Origin: Crenarchaeota archaeon 13_1_40CM_3_52_17
GTDB taxonomy: Archaea; Thermoproteota; Bathyarchaeia; 40CM-2-53-6
Direction: 5' to 3'
Assembly: GCA_001918745.1 (NCBI GenBank)
Contig: MNGN01000057.1
Coordinates: 1 to 56,162 of the forward strand
Length of the DNA: 56,162 bases
The notes beneath the pieces were generated by a model, which saw only the letters and a list, made by a program, of their open reading frames with translations, searched no databases and was not told the DNA's origin. Below, in pieces: positions 10,201 through 18,906 of the stretch. How positions within the stretch are numbered: the stretch's first letter is position 1; each line of letters begins with the position of its first letter. Both the position numbers and the translations under genes were made by a program.

Positions 10201-10458
10201 AGACGGCTGCAGGAAATGAGGAAACGCCTCGACCTCCCAGTGGACGCTTTCGTGGAAGCATACGTGACCGTTCCGGACGCTCAGAGGTTGGAATGGTTGG
10301 AAGATGAGCGAGACTACCTCATGGGAGAAGTCAGGGCAGAAACACTGCATCTCTTACGTCCCGACCAAGAAAAACCGAAAGCGAAAGCGGAAGAAAACTG
10401 GGACATAGAGGGTCACACGTTTCAGATGGGACTCTCGTCCAAAAACGCTCAATACTAA
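7276..10458 (+). CDS. ileS: isoleucine--tRNA ligase
   Basis: 1060 aa class I aaRS. HIGH-type motif PHVGLAWNK, KMSKS motif KMSKSKGN, CP1 editing insertion, and zinc-type CPRC/CWRC/CEKC motifs. Confidence 0.95.
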   Translation: MGKLAREYDPHKTERETLTWWSTNRIYQKTKKKLLKRPKFYFLDGPPYVTNAPHVGLAWNKTLKDIVIRYYRMKGFNVHDQPGYDCHGLPVEVLIEKSLKLTSKKDIENVIGVDRFIADCKKFAEENVQAQTRVLKDLGIWMDWDNPYLTYKDSYIESVWWTIKRAQEKRLLYKALKVVHWCPRCETALAGYEVTDEYRTVQDFSIYVKLPLVERPGEFILIWTTTPWTLPANLGVMVHPDKQYVLVEVNGDKLIFAKERLEHVLDGRPYKILEEHQGRELEGIQYVPPLQEETHALTRVDRHRVLLSSEHVSMSEGTGAVHTAPGHGEEDFEVGTKYGLPAFSPVDPSGRFTNEAGKYEGLSVRDANRIIIEDLQGKNLLWKEETIEHSYPHCWRCKTALILRATDQWFVKVTSIKKKMLSENKKVRWVPEWAGSKRFHDWLEGARDWVISRQRYWGVPIPIWTCEKCGEHTVVGSKAELVRLAHHPPKKFELHKNGVDKIEIRCKCGGIAKRESDVLDVWMDSGAVSWASLGYPKISRELKRWWPAHLILEAHDQTRGWFYYQLVPSVLAFNRSPYRTVLMHGHTLDEVGEKMSKSKGNFVSPDDVVGKYSRDALRFYTVQSTLWEDFQFSWNAVEVAAKDLQIAWNVVSFATLYMNLDKFIPDSWSVKRVWKNLRPEDRWLVSRSESLLKEVTSHMEDLELHLALRRLRAFVIEDLSHWYIRLVRRRFWQEKQNKDKLASYAALHYALKTWLILSSPFIPLLTETVYQQAFRKSVKSDLESIHMSSWPNSRPGWINKRLEENMEIVRQVSAASSSARQSKKVKLRQPVARVVIVTNSDKVKRAVRNLRLLFLQQTNSKDIRLVGLAEEEKLKKLIVEPNFKGLGPVFKGDANRVAEALRSVNGRQLFHTLQADKSYSLKMDNRDYKITGQMVAFKEEMPENFAMGSFDDGRVYIDLTIPKELVREGFVREIVRRLQEMRKRLDLPVDAFVEAYVTVPDAQRLEWLEDERDYLMGEVRAETLHLLRPDQEKPKAKAEENWDIEGHTFQMGLSSKNAQY

Positions 10459-10464
10459 AACCGA

Positions 10465-11604
10465 TTGGGTCTGGACGATGTGAAGAGAGTAGGCTTCCTT
10501 GTCAATCCAATAGCTGGAATGGGCGGGGCGGTCGGGCTAAAGGGCACAGACGGTAGGAAAACACTGCGCGATGCCCTTCGAAAGGGTGCGAAGCCAGTCT
10601 CTCCCGAACGAGGCCTGAGATTCTTGGAAGAAGTTCAGAGACGAAGCCAGGGTATCGAATTTCTGACCGCCCCCGGGAGCATGGGAAGCGACATTGCCGA
10701 CCAACTGGAACTTGAATATGAATTGGTTGGACGAATTGGAAAAACTACCACCTCTGATGACAGCATTGGGATTGCCCGTCTAATGAAGCGGAAGAGAGTC
10801 GACCTGATGGTCTTTTGTGGCGGGGACGGAACCGCCGGAGATGTGTTGGAAGGAATTGGCCAGGACGCTCCCGTGCTTGGTGTTCCGGCTGGGGTGAAGA
10901 TCTACTCGTCGGTCTTCGCGATTAATCCAGTAGCCGCGGCGGAGTCTACTGTTGCGTTTCTTGGAGGTGGGATTCCTACGAGATTGGGAGAAGTTGTCGA
11001 TGTGAATGAAATCGCGTTTAGGAAGAATCGCTTGTCAGTCAAGCTGTTCGGCTATCTCACAACTCCCGATTCGGGACCTCTTATTCAAGCATCAAAATCG
11101 ACTACAGGACTATCTGAAGATTCTGAACTGGACGCAATTGCTGAATATTTCATCGAAAAGATCAGCCCGGGAATCACCTACATTCTCGGCCCAGGATCAA
11201 CGGTTGAGAGGATCGCAAAACGTTTGGGATTTGTCAACAAATCGCTTCTCGGAGTGGATGTTGTCAAGGGGGACGGGACAGTACTGCATCGGGATATTGA
11301 CGAGGCGACCTTGGTGGCACTGACCAGCAAGGCTTCGCGGAAGACTTCGACGAAGATCATTATATCGCCAATTGGTGGACAAGGCTTCCTATTGGGACGC
11401 GGAAACCAACAGATCAGCCCGCAGGTAATTCGCGGAGTGGGTGTTGAGAACATCATCGTGGTTGGATCGAGAAGTAAGATCGAGTCTCTGCATCCCCGAC
11501 GTATTCTCACCGATTCCGGTGATGACGAGATAGATCAACAGTTGCGAGGCTACCTTCGAGTAATTACGGGATACCGGGAAGAAATGGTCGTCAAAGTGGA
11601 ATAG
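10465..11604 (+). CDS. ATP-NAD kinase-like protein (COG3199-type)
   Basis: GGDGT motif (MVFCGGDGTAGD) and N-terminal VNPIAGMGG. Starts 7 nt after the ileS stop, so probably co-transcribed. GTG 10480 is an alternative start. Confidence 0.7.
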   Translation: MGLDDVKRVGFLVNPIAGMGGAVGLKGTDGRKTLRDALRKGAKPVSPERGLRFLEEVQRRSQGIEFLTAPGSMGSDIADQLELEYELVGRIGKTTTSDDSIGIARLMKRKRVDLMVFCGGDGTAGDVLEGIGQDAPVLGVPAGVKIYSSVFAINPVAAAESTVAFLGGGIPTRLGEVVDVNEIAFRKNRLSVKLFGYLTTPDSGPLIQASKSTTGLSEDSELDAIAEYFIEKISPGITYILGPGSTVERIAKRLGFVNKSLLGVDVVKGDGTVLHRDIDEATLVALTSKASRKTSTKIIISPIGGQGFLLGRGNQQISPQVIRGVGVENIIVVGSRSKIESLHPRRILTDSGDDEIDQQLRGYLRVITGYREEMVVKVE

Positions 11605-11708
11605 CACGACCGAGCTTCTGAACAGACCCTTCGCTGTGCCCCCGTACTGATGACCGACAGTAACACTACGCTCTAAGTCGGACGAACCCCTAAGCCTACT
11701 GATTGGTC

Positions 11709-12080
11709 ATGCCATCAACCCGTGGAAAGGCCCGGAAGAAGAAGGCCAAATCCAAAACGACCGCCAGATCTCGCAAGTCTTCGCATCCGCGCAAATCAAC
11801 TCTGAAGAACAGTTCTCATCCCAGGAGAAAGACTGTTGCGAAGAAAGAGGATGTAACCTACGTTTACGAATGCACTCGTCCTGGGTGCGGGTACAAGATC
11901 TGGCGAGACGACAAGGGCGAGCTGGGGCAGCTTCGTACCGACCTGAAATGTCCCAAATGCCACCATGTGGAGTTTCGATGCCTAGGCAAGGGCGACCTAC
12001 CAGAAAGCTTCCAAGTTCCGATTCCTACTAACCCTGTCGACTTCGATACGGTCAAGACATCCGAGATAGGATCGAACTAA
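11709..12080 (+). CDS. small protein with K/R/S-rich N-terminal tail and a zinc ribbon (unknown function)
   Basis: About 45 residues of basic low complexity (RGKARKKKAKSKTTARSRKSSHPRKS...), then CTRPGC...CPKC. Confidence 0.5.
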   Translation: MPSTRGKARKKKAKSKTTARSRKSSHPRKSTLKNSSHPRRKTVAKKEDVTYVYECTRPGCGYKIWRDDKGELGQLRTDLKCPKCHHVEFRCLGKGDLPESFQVPIPTNPVDFDTVKTSEIGSN

Positions 12081-12144
12081 GAAGCGGTCATTCGATCCAA
12101 CAAAGACTCAACGTCATCCGTCGCCTGGAAATCTATGGGATGGA

Positions 12145-12160
12145 ATCTCTTCGGAGAGAT
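12145..12160. terminator. perfect 6-bp hairpin between convergent genes
   Basis: ATCTCT-TCGG-AGAGAT. It lies 65 nt after the stop of 11709..12080 (+) and 18 nt after the 3' end of the minus-strand tRNA. Confidence 0.3.
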
Positions 12161-12177
12161 GGTTAGAGATATGCTAT

Positions 12178-12341
12178 TGGTGCGGGGGGTGGGATTCGAA
12201 CCCACGAAGGCCTACGCCACAGGATTTCTCCTGAAGCCGGATCTTAAGTCAAGCACCACTCCCTCTCGGAGCGGTCCTGCCCCTTTGACCTGAATCCCGC
12301 CCTACAGGACAGGATCCCATAGTGGTCTCGGGAACCCCCGC
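12178..12341 (-). tRNA. tRNA-Leu(UAA), class II, with three intervening sequences and encoded CCA
   Basis: On the minus strand: acceptor GCGGGGG/CCCCCGC, T-arm GTGGG-TTCGAAT-CCCAC, Leu-type variable arm TGGCGTAGGCCTTC, discriminator A plus CCA. The 164-nt span holds about 76 nt of extra sequence. Removing 12294..12326, 12250..12275 and a 17-nt block within 12222..12241 gives an 88-nt tRNA. Its D-arm is CCCGAGTCAGGTCAAAGGGG and its anticodon arm is CAGGA-CTTAAGA-TCCTG. Confidence 0.8.
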
Positions 12342-12366
12342 TTTGGGCTTCACGAGGGAATATTCA

Positions 12367-12375
12367 TTCTTAAAG
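12367..12375 (-). promoter_or_regulatory. TATA-like box for the tRNA gene
   Basis: CTTTAAGAA on the minus strand, ending 25 nt upstream of tRNA position 1. Confidence 0.35.
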
Positions 12376-12517
12376 CCAATCTAGCAAGGGACGCTTGCTG
12401 AGGCATAGATCGTCCCCAGTCTCCGATCGAGACCCTCTGTTTCCGGGTCTGAGATACAATCTCTACAAATCCCGCGTGTGTCTGCTTCCTTCTTGTAGAA
12501 GGGCCTGGCGCAAAGAG

Positions 12518-12976
12518 ATGTCTCACAGTAGGACCGTTCAGAGGTCCGTTACGCCAGATTCTGTCAAAGCCCTCATGATCATCGAGGCGATTATCATCGC
12601 GTTCTTCTCGTTTTGGCTTGCTAACGAATACGTTTACAACGTTTACTTTCGAGTATACGTGAATAGTGTTTTTGTCGAGCACTTTACGACCTACACCATC
12701 GCTCTAGGCCTCGGAATTGGTCTAGCAGGAACTGCTGCGGCGGCCGCTCTTTACAAGAACCTACGGGAGGCGAAAGTGAAATTAGAATCCGTCACTCCTA
12801 GGATTAGAGGGTCCATCGAGAAAATGCTAGCTAATGTTCCATCCATAGAGGGCAAACCGGCTGTTCCCTCGATCAGTCCTGTTTCGTCCTCTCAATCCGC
12901 TCCTGAAGCTCCCGGAGCTGCCTTAGTATCCGTTCCCACGGCGTCTACTCCCCCGGCCCCGGAAGAGAAGAAGTAG
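12518..12976 (+). CDS. membrane protein with P/S/A-rich C-terminal tail (unknown function)
   Basis: I prefer the internal ATG at 12518 (MSHSRTVQ...) over the track start at 12395, which runs into the tRNA promoter region. Two hydrophobic helices, then a low-complexity tail. Confidence 0.45.
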   Translation: MSHSRTVQRSVTPDSVKALMIIEAIIIAFFSFWLANEYVYNVYFRVYVNSVFVEHFTTYTIALGLGIGLAGTAAAAALYKNLREAKVKLESVTPRIRGSIEKMLANVPSIEGKPAVPSISPVSSSQSAPEAPGAALVSVPTASTPPAPEEKK

Positions 12977-12982
12977 TTTCTC

Positions 12983-14098
12983 CTAAGGTTTCTCGCCAAG
13001 TTCTCTAGCGAACTCTGTCAACAATTCCTTCTGTCGACGCGAGAGTCCCGTTGGAATCTCTACATCAACTCTTACAAGCTCATCTCCTCGGCCCCATCCT
13101 CCGACTCTAGGGAAGCCTTTGCCTTCTAGACGAAACACAGTGCCGGGTCTTGTTCCCGGTGGAATTTTTAGCTGAGCCTTACCATCAATCGAGGGCACTT
13201 GAAGTTCGCCGCCGAGGGCGGCTTTTGGAAAACTGACTCTTGTTTCGTAGAGAATGTTGTCTCCTTCGCGTTTGAACTCCGCGTGGGGCTTCAATCGTAT
13301 CCGGACATACAGATCTCCACTTCGTCCTCCATGCGCAGCATTCCCTTCTCCTCTAATTCGGAGGCTCTGACCTTCATCAGCGCCTGGGGGAATTTTCACT
13401 TGTAGTTTGGTCTTGGTTCGTGCAAGCCCGTTTCCGTTGCAGTTTCTGCATGGCTTGTCGATGATGCTTCCTTCTCCTCTACACTTTGGACAGGTGGTTA
13501 TCTGGACGAGCTGGGCGAAGCCGGCTCTACGGACGGTTTGGACCTGGCCTCTGCCATGACAGTTGCTACAGGTCTTTCTGGAGCTTCCGGGCTGGGCACC
13601 GGTGCCGTTGCATTCCTTGCATTCTGCCAGTCGGGGAACTTCTATCTCTCTTGTCGCTCCGTGTGCGACCTCGTCGTAGCTGATCTGCAAATCGTAGAGT
13701 AGGTCTTCGCCTCTGGAGGGTGCGGTTGGGCGTTCGAAGTTCTGGAAGCCTCCGAATCCGCCGAGAATCCGTTCTACGAAGCTGCTGAACCCGCCTCCGA
13801 ATGCGCCGAATCCCATGTCTCGGAATATGGAGTCGAAGTCCGCGCCCCGGAAAATATCTTCGGTGTTATATTTCTGGTAGATTCCCTCTCGCCCGAACTG
13901 GTCGTACTGTTTCCGTTTCTCTTCATCGGACAATATTGCGTAGGCTTCGGAGATTTCCTTGAACTTCTCTGTGGCCTCGGGAGCCTTGTTTCTATCCGGG
14001 TGATACTGCAGAGCGAGTTTACGATATGAGCCCTTTATGTCGTCCTTTGACGCGTTTCGAGGAACTCCGAGCACGTCGTAATAGTCTCGCTTCTCCAT
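12983..14098 (-). CDS. dnaJ: molecular chaperone DnaJ
   Basis: J domain with HPD (YYDVLGV...ALQYHPDRN), a G/F-rich region, and four CxxCxGxG zinc motifs. Confidence 0.95.
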   Translation of the reverse strand: MEKRDYYDVLGVPRNASKDDIKGSYRKLALQYHPDRNKAPEATEKFKEISEAYAILSDEEKRKQYDQFGREGIYQKYNTEDIFRGADFDSIFRDMGFGAFGGGFSSFVERILGGFGGFQNFERPTAPSRGEDLLYDLQISYDEVAHGATREIEVPRLAECKECNGTGAQPGSSRKTCSNCHGRGQVQTVRRAGFAQLVQITTCPKCRGEGSIIDKPCRNCNGNGLARTKTKLQVKIPPGADEGQSLRIRGEGNAAHGGRSGDLYVRIRLKPHAEFKREGDNILYETRVSFPKAALGGELQVPSIDGKAQLKIPPGTRPGTVFRLEGKGFPRVGGWGRGDELVRVDVEIPTGLSRRQKELLTEFARELGEKP

Positions 14099-14118
14099 TC
14101 TTTGCGATTCATCTCGCT

Positions 14119-15996
14119 CTACCGAGAGCCTTCGTCCTTTACCTCTCTGAACTCCGCGTCTACAACATTATCATCCTTAGACGGGTTGGCTCCTGGAGTG
14201 GCGGCCTGCTGGGCGGGCTCTTCGGGTTTCTGAGCGACTTTCTGGTAGATTTCGGCCCCGACCTTCTGGAGTATTCGTGAGAGATCGTCGCTGGCCGATT
14301 TTATCTTGTCCGATTCCTTACCGGATAGTGCTGCCCTCAGAACGCCTGCTGCCTTGTCGATGGCTTCAACCTGTTCTTTCGTGATCTTGTCTTTCAGCTC
14401 GTCTTTTGTCTTGTCAGCGGTGTAGAGCATGCTTTCCGCGGTGTTCCTTAGTTCCACCTCTTCCTTTCGTTTCTTATCCTGATCTGCGAACTCTTCGGCT
14501 TCATGGACCATCTTCTCCTTCTGATCCTTCGAGAGTTTGGTCGAGGCGGCTATTGTGATCTTGTTCTCTTTCGATGTTGCTAGGTCCTTCGCAGACACAT
14601 TTAGGATGCCGTTTGCGTCAATGTCGAAGGTCACCTCAATCTGGGGAATTCCCCTCGGTGCCGGAGGGATGCCTGTTAGGTTGAACATGCCTAGGGATAT
14701 GTTGTCTGTAGCCATGGCGCGCTCCCCCTGAAGCACGTGAATAGTAACAGTGGTTTGGGAGTCGGCTGCTGTCGAGAATATCTGGCTGCGTTTTGTCGGG
14801 ATGGTGGTGTTTCTCTCCATAATCTTTGTGGCAACGCCTCCTAGTGTTTCTACGCCAAGTGACAGAGGCGTGACGTCCAGGAGGAGGATATCCTTGACCT
14901 CGCCCGCGAGAACCGCGCCTTGAATCGCCGCTCCAACAGCAACGCATTCCATCGGGTCGACTCCGCGCTCAGCCTGTTTGCCGATTATGTCCTCTACGAA
15001 TTTTCGGACGAGTGGCATGCGGGTCTGGCCGCCGATGAGAATGATTCTGTCTACATCCCTGGGCGTAAGTTTCGCGTCGTCAAGAGTTCTCTTGATCGGT
15101 GTCTCAACCTTTCGGACGATGGGATTGGCGAGCTCTTCTAGCTTGGCTCTCGTCACGGTCGTGTGGAGGTGTTTAGGCTGGGATGAGTCTGCTGAGATGA
15201 AGGGTAGATCGACATCTGTCGTGAGAAGGGTGGAAAGTTCGATCTTCGCCTTTTCCGCGGCTTCTTTGAGACGGGTCATGGCCATGCGGTCGTTTCGAAG
15301 GCTTACGCCCGTCTGGCGCTGGAACTCTGTGAGCAAGTACTCGACTATCGCATTGTCAATGTCTGTCCCGCCTGTCTGGGTGTCTCCGCTAGTCGCTAAG
15401 ACTTGGAAGACTCCGCCGCCGAAGTCCATTAGAGTTACGTCGTGTGTTCCACCTCCGAAGCTGAACACCATGATCTTCATCTCCTTGTCGGCCTTGTCCA
15501 GCCCGTATGCGAGACATGCAGCGGTGGGTTCGTTGATTATTCTAGCAACCTCGAAGCCCGCGATTTCTCCAGCATCCTTAGTTGCTTGCCGCTGGTTGTC
15601 GTTGAAGTGAGCGGGTACAGTGATTACCGCCTTCTTGGTCGGGCGTCCAAGAAAAGTCTCGGCGTCTTGTCTTATCTTCTGAAGTATGAACGCGGAGAGC
15701 TGCTGTGGAGTGTAGTCTTTCCCGGCGATGTGGACCTTGTAGTCTGTGCCCATCTTCCGTTTGATCTCTATGATGGTCCCGTCGGGGTTTGTTGCCGCCT
15801 GCCTCTTTGCAGGTTCGCCGACTATCAACTGGCCCTCTTTGGTGAAAGCAATGACCGAAGGGAACATCTTTCCAGAAGCAGTCTGTCCCTCAGCGCTTGG
15901 GATGACGACGGGGCGTCCAGCCTCCATTATCGCGGCAGCGGAATTCGTCGTTCCTAGGTCTATTCCTATGATCTTTTCGGTCTCAGGCTTACTCAT
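14119..15996 (-). CDS. dnaK: molecular chaperone DnaK (Hsp70)
   Basis: [21 protein letters not shown]-like FGGGTHDVT, 625 aa. Confidence 0.97.
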   Translation of the reverse strand: MSKPETEKIIGIDLGTTNSAAAIMEAGRPVVIPSAEGQTASGKMFPSVIAFTKEGQLIVGEPAKRQAATNPDGTIIEIKRKMGTDYKVHIAGKDYTPQQLSAFILQKIRQDAETFLGRPTKKAVITVPAHFNDNQRQATKDAGEIAGFEVARIINEPTAACLAYGLDKADKEMKIMVFSFGGGTHDVTLMDFGGGVFQVLATSGDTQTGGTDIDNAIVEYLLTEFQRQTGVSLRNDRMAMTRLKEAAEKAKIELSTLLTTDVDLPFISADSSQPKHLHTTVTRAKLEELANPIVRKVETPIKRTLDDAKLTPRDVDRIILIGGQTRMPLVRKFVEDIIGKQAERGVDPMECVAVGAAIQGAVLAGEVKDILLLDVTPLSLGVETLGGVATKIMERNTTIPTKRSQIFSTAADSQTTVTIHVLQGERAMATDNISLGMFNLTGIPPAPRGIPQIEVTFDIDANGILNVSAKDLATSKENKITIAASTKLSKDQKEKMVHEAEEFADQDKKRKEEVELRNTAESMLYTADKTKDELKDKITKEQVEAIDKAAGVLRAALSGKESDKIKSASDDLSRILQKVGAEIYQKVAQKPEEPAQQAATPGANPSKDDNVVDAEFREVKDEGSR

Positions 15997-16603
15997 GTTC
16001 CCCGATCTCCTCTATAGGTGACTTCTGGGATTTAGACTCACGCTCAGAGGATTTCTCCGCTACTTTGACGATGCTGGGTCGCAGGACCTTCCCCTTCAAC
16101 AAGTATCCCTGGCGAATCTCCTCCACTATTGTTCCCTCCTCCTTGTCCGACAGAACGCGAAGCGCCGCGTCATGGAGGTCAGGGTTGAACTTTGACCCTA
16201 AGCTCTGGACCTTCTCCACGCCCTCCTTCGATAAGACGCTCTGTAATCGTTTGTGTACCATTCCGACGCCCTCAACGATTGTTGGGTTCTCCCCGCTTTC
16301 CTCTGCCTCTCTGAGTGCGAGTTCCAGTTCGTCGTTTACTACTATTAGGTCGGATAGGAGGCGCTGGTTTCCGAACTGTCTGTTATCAGACATTTCTTTC
16401 TCTACTCTCTTTCTGTAGTTTTCAAAATCGGCCTGAAGATACTGCAGACGACGCAGATAGTCGTCCGACTTCGCTTTCTCTTTCTCTAACTCTCCCCTGA
16501 GTCCGCTCAACATGATTTCGGGGTCCTCTTCTTCTGGGGGTTTCTTGGAGGATGGTTGAGCATCTACGGTTTCGGTTGCAAAGTGCCTCTTTTTTTCACT
16601 CAC
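15989..16603 (-). CDS. grpE: nucleotide exchange factor GrpE
   Basis: The [12 protein letters not shown] motif is present. I prefer the GTG start at 16603 (GGGAGTG Shine-Dalgarno-like sequence upstream, TATA-like TTTAATTTTT at 16672..16681) over the track ATG at 16714. The stop overlaps the dnaK start by 8 nt. Confidence 0.85.
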   Translation of the reverse strand: MSEKKRHFATETVDAQPSSKKPPEEEDPEIMLSGLRGELEKEKAKSDDYLRRLQYLQADFENYRKRVEKEMSDNRQFGNQRLLSDLIVVNDELELALREAEESGENPTIVEGVGMVHKRLQSVLSKEGVEKVQSLGSKFNPDLHDAALRVLSDKEEGTIVEEIRQGYLLKGKVLRPSIVKVAEKSSERESKSQKSPIEEIGEHE

Positions 16604-16853
16604 CAAAATCACTCCCTTCTGCCCTCGTCGAATTTCATTAGGCCAAGCTACCTCGATTTGGAGGGTCAGGGAAAAATTAAACCTTCTGACACGCCGAATA
16701 TCGATACCATGCAATAACTGCGAAACGATGCCGACCCAGCTTTTTCGTAACTTTCCCGAAAGGACGGCATGTGTTTCTCCTAAGATGCTGGTTTGGTTAC
16801 GCTCGATTGATAGCCGAGATAGAACGTGATAGAATCCATTCGGAGGATCATGT

Positions 16854-17564
16854 ATGGGTCTATTGAGTCATCTTACGCATCCAAAGGGCAAGATTTGGAT
16901 CGCTCTCGACAAGGGTACTTTCCAAGAGGGAGAGCCGGTCGTTGGCAAGATCCATGTGGAAGCGGAAGAGTACATTCCGTCCATCGGATTGAAAGTTGAA
17001 GCGAGAGTTGTTGAGAGCTGGAACGAGATGGTCTGGGTCACTCTCCCCAACAACCAGAGGATTCAAGAGAACCAGCGTCGGACCAACAATCTCTACCAAC
17101 GCGATGTGCAAGTCACCGGGGCTACTGATTTCGGAAAAGGCCCAGCCCGAGAATTTCCCTTCAGTGTCGGTATTCCTCCTTGCAAACCGACGCGCGGCGG
17201 ATCTTCTGTCCAGAACTTAGTGAAGGCGGTCTTGCAGGTCAAGGGAAGGCCTGACATGACGAATGAGACTCAAATCGCGTTTGTTCCAGCGGGGGCTTAT
17301 GGTTCGATGCCTATGAATGTCGGATATGGTCAGGGGCCGATGCCCTCAGGTTATGGACCAAACCCTGGTTACCAGCCAAATCCTGGCTATGGAATGCCAC
17401 CCATGAACCCTGGCTATCAGGGCTACCAAGGCTATGGTCAGCCTGGATATGGTGTTCCACCGCAACAACAGCAAGCGCCTTCAGTTAAGGTCCGCTGCAA
17501 GTATTGTACGGGACTGATGGACGCGAATGCGCAAAACTGTCCTACTTGTGGCGCCCATCAGTAG
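16854..17564 (+). CDS. protein with beta-rich N-domain, P/G/Y/Q-rich low-complexity region and C-terminal zinc ribbon (unknown function)
   Basis: The N-terminal ~145 aa are beta-rich (possibly an arrestin/Spo0M-like fold, unverified). Next comes GYGQGPMPSGYGPNPGYQPNPGYGMPPMNPGYQGYQGYGQPGYGVPPQQQQ, then CKYCTGLMDANAQNCPTCGAHQ. Confidence 0.5.
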   Translation: MGLLSHLTHPKGKIWIALDKGTFQEGEPVVGKIHVEAEEYIPSIGLKVEARVVESWNEMVWVTLPNNQRIQENQRRTNNLYQRDVQVTGATDFGKGPAREFPFSVGIPPCKPTRGGSSVQNLVKAVLQVKGRPDMTNETQIAFVPAGAYGSMPMNVGYGQGPMPSGYGPNPGYQPNPGYGMPPMNPGYQGYQGYGQPGYGVPPQQQQAPSVKVRCKYCTGLMDANAQNCPTCGAHQ

Positions 17565-17577
17565 ACCAGTATCCCTT

Positions 17578-18420
17578 CTAGGACGAGGACGATACTAACA
17601 GGACACCAGCGACTATCAGTATAGCGCCTGTTCCAGAGTATATGTTGAATGGGTCATTGAATATTATCACTGATAGCGCGACAGCAACGATCACTTCTAT
17701 CGGAAGAATGATCGAGGACACTGTGGACGAGACAGTTTCTAATCCTTTCATTAGGAAATAGTAAGCTCCAACTGTCGCAACCACCGCAAGGAACGCGGTG
17801 TAGAAGGCCGCTTCCCAGCCTAAATTGATAGGAGCACCCTGGTCCAGTGGGATGGCGAGGACAAGAAGAACACCGGTAATGAGAATCATACCTCCAGTCA
17901 CTGCTCGTCCTCCCTTCTGGTTAACAAGGTCTTTGGAATAGATGAAAACCAGAGCTATGGTGACCGCTGTTCCGAGAATCAGTAAGTCGCCTAGAAACTC
18001 GGTTTGGCCCAAGCTCACAGCTTCACCTCGGGTAACTACCATGCTCGCTCCGAGAAACCCTGACAATACTCCGAGACCCTTCTTGGCCCCTATCACCTCG
18101 CTTCCACGAGCCCATGATAGAACTGGAATCATCAGAGCTGCTGTGCTTATGATGAGAGCTGCATCCGAAGAAGTTGTGAACCTCTGACCCTGAAACTGCA
18201 GGACGTACCCGAAAGCGTTGACGAATCCCACAAGCCAGATAGGTCTTGTCCGAAGAAGGGTCCAGTCAACCCATCCTTTTCGACGAAGAAATAACAGAAC
18301 TAGAAGCGAGGCTAGTGAAAATCGAAAGGCCGCGAATAGGTCTGCGGGAAGAAGATTTAGCCCAAGCTTGATTATGGGCACACTTGTGCCGAATAATATC
18401 CCAGAGAGAACAGTTGCCAA
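17578..18420 (-). CDS. EamA/DMT-family transporter
   Basis: 280 aa, about 10 TM helices in two repeated halves typical of drug/metabolite transporters. Confidence 0.7.
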   Translation of the reverse strand: MATVLSGILFGTSVPIIKLGLNLLPADLFAAFRFSLASLLVLLFLRRKGWVDWTLLRTRPIWLVGFVNAFGYVLQFQGQRFTTSSDAALIISTAALMIPVLSWARGSEVIGAKKGLGVLSGFLGASMVVTRGEAVSLGQTEFLGDLLILGTAVTIALVFIYSKDLVNQKGGRAVTGGMILITGVLLVLAIPLDQGAPINLGWEAAFYTAFLAVVATVGAYYFLMKGLETVSSTVSSIILPIEVIVAVALSVIIFNDPFNIYSGTGAILIVAGVLLVSSSS

Positions 18421-18569
18421 GATTCCAGCACTGGGAGCCGATTTTCTCGCCTTTAGATCAGCGCTGTTTCATGCTCTGGCTTTAGAGTATGGCTCCGGCT
18501 TAAGAAAGCCAAGCCTGTGGAGATTCAGCTAGGCTTATCTTCTGGTATTAACCATAATTCCAGCACGAC

Positions 18570-18782
18570 ATGACCGCTACAAGTCTCTTGGAAAGGGAAG
18601 AAGTCGAGTGCGCTTACTGCAAGGATCCCAAGCCAGCTTCAGAGACAACCTGGTTCATGGCTGAACCCGGCGAGAAATCAGTACGCTTGTGCGATTTCTG
18701 CTACGAGGAAGCACGGAAACAGCTCCGCCTCCTCCGGATAGTCCGAAACCGAGGAGACTACCCCTTAGAAGCCGCGTCCTGA
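18570..18782 (+). CDS. small zinc-finger protein (unknown function)
   Basis: 70 aa with CAYC...CDFC. Confidence 0.4.
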   Translation: MTATSLLEREEVECAYCKDPKPASETTWFMAEPGEKSVRLCDFCYEEARKQLRLLRIVRNRGDYPLEAAS

Positions 18783-18906
18783 CGACATAACACGACCTCT
18801 TCAAGACACCGACATGAACGCTTCCCTTAGCGTAGCGTCGGGCCAAAGCCTTCCTCGCGACAAAGAGTTATTGCCTTTCTCCATGCTCAGCCCTTGAACA
18901 CAACTA

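Noticed and set aside
14537-16021. Long plus-strand ORFs (for example 14978..15610, 210 aa; 15442..15957, 171 aa) antisense to dnaK
   Set aside because: They lie entirely inside a confidently identified, highly conserved gene. Their products are low-complexity (S/R/P/V-rich) with no motifs. This is the typical antisense open frame of a codon-biased gene.
16604-16714. Upstream ATG (16714) as the grpE start
   Set aside because: The extension (MHGIDIRRVRRFNFSLTLQIEVAWPNEIRRGQKG) is unlike GrpE N-termini. It would also start upstream of the TATA-like box at 16672..16681. GTG 16603 with a GGGAGTG Shine-Dalgarno-like sequence fits better.
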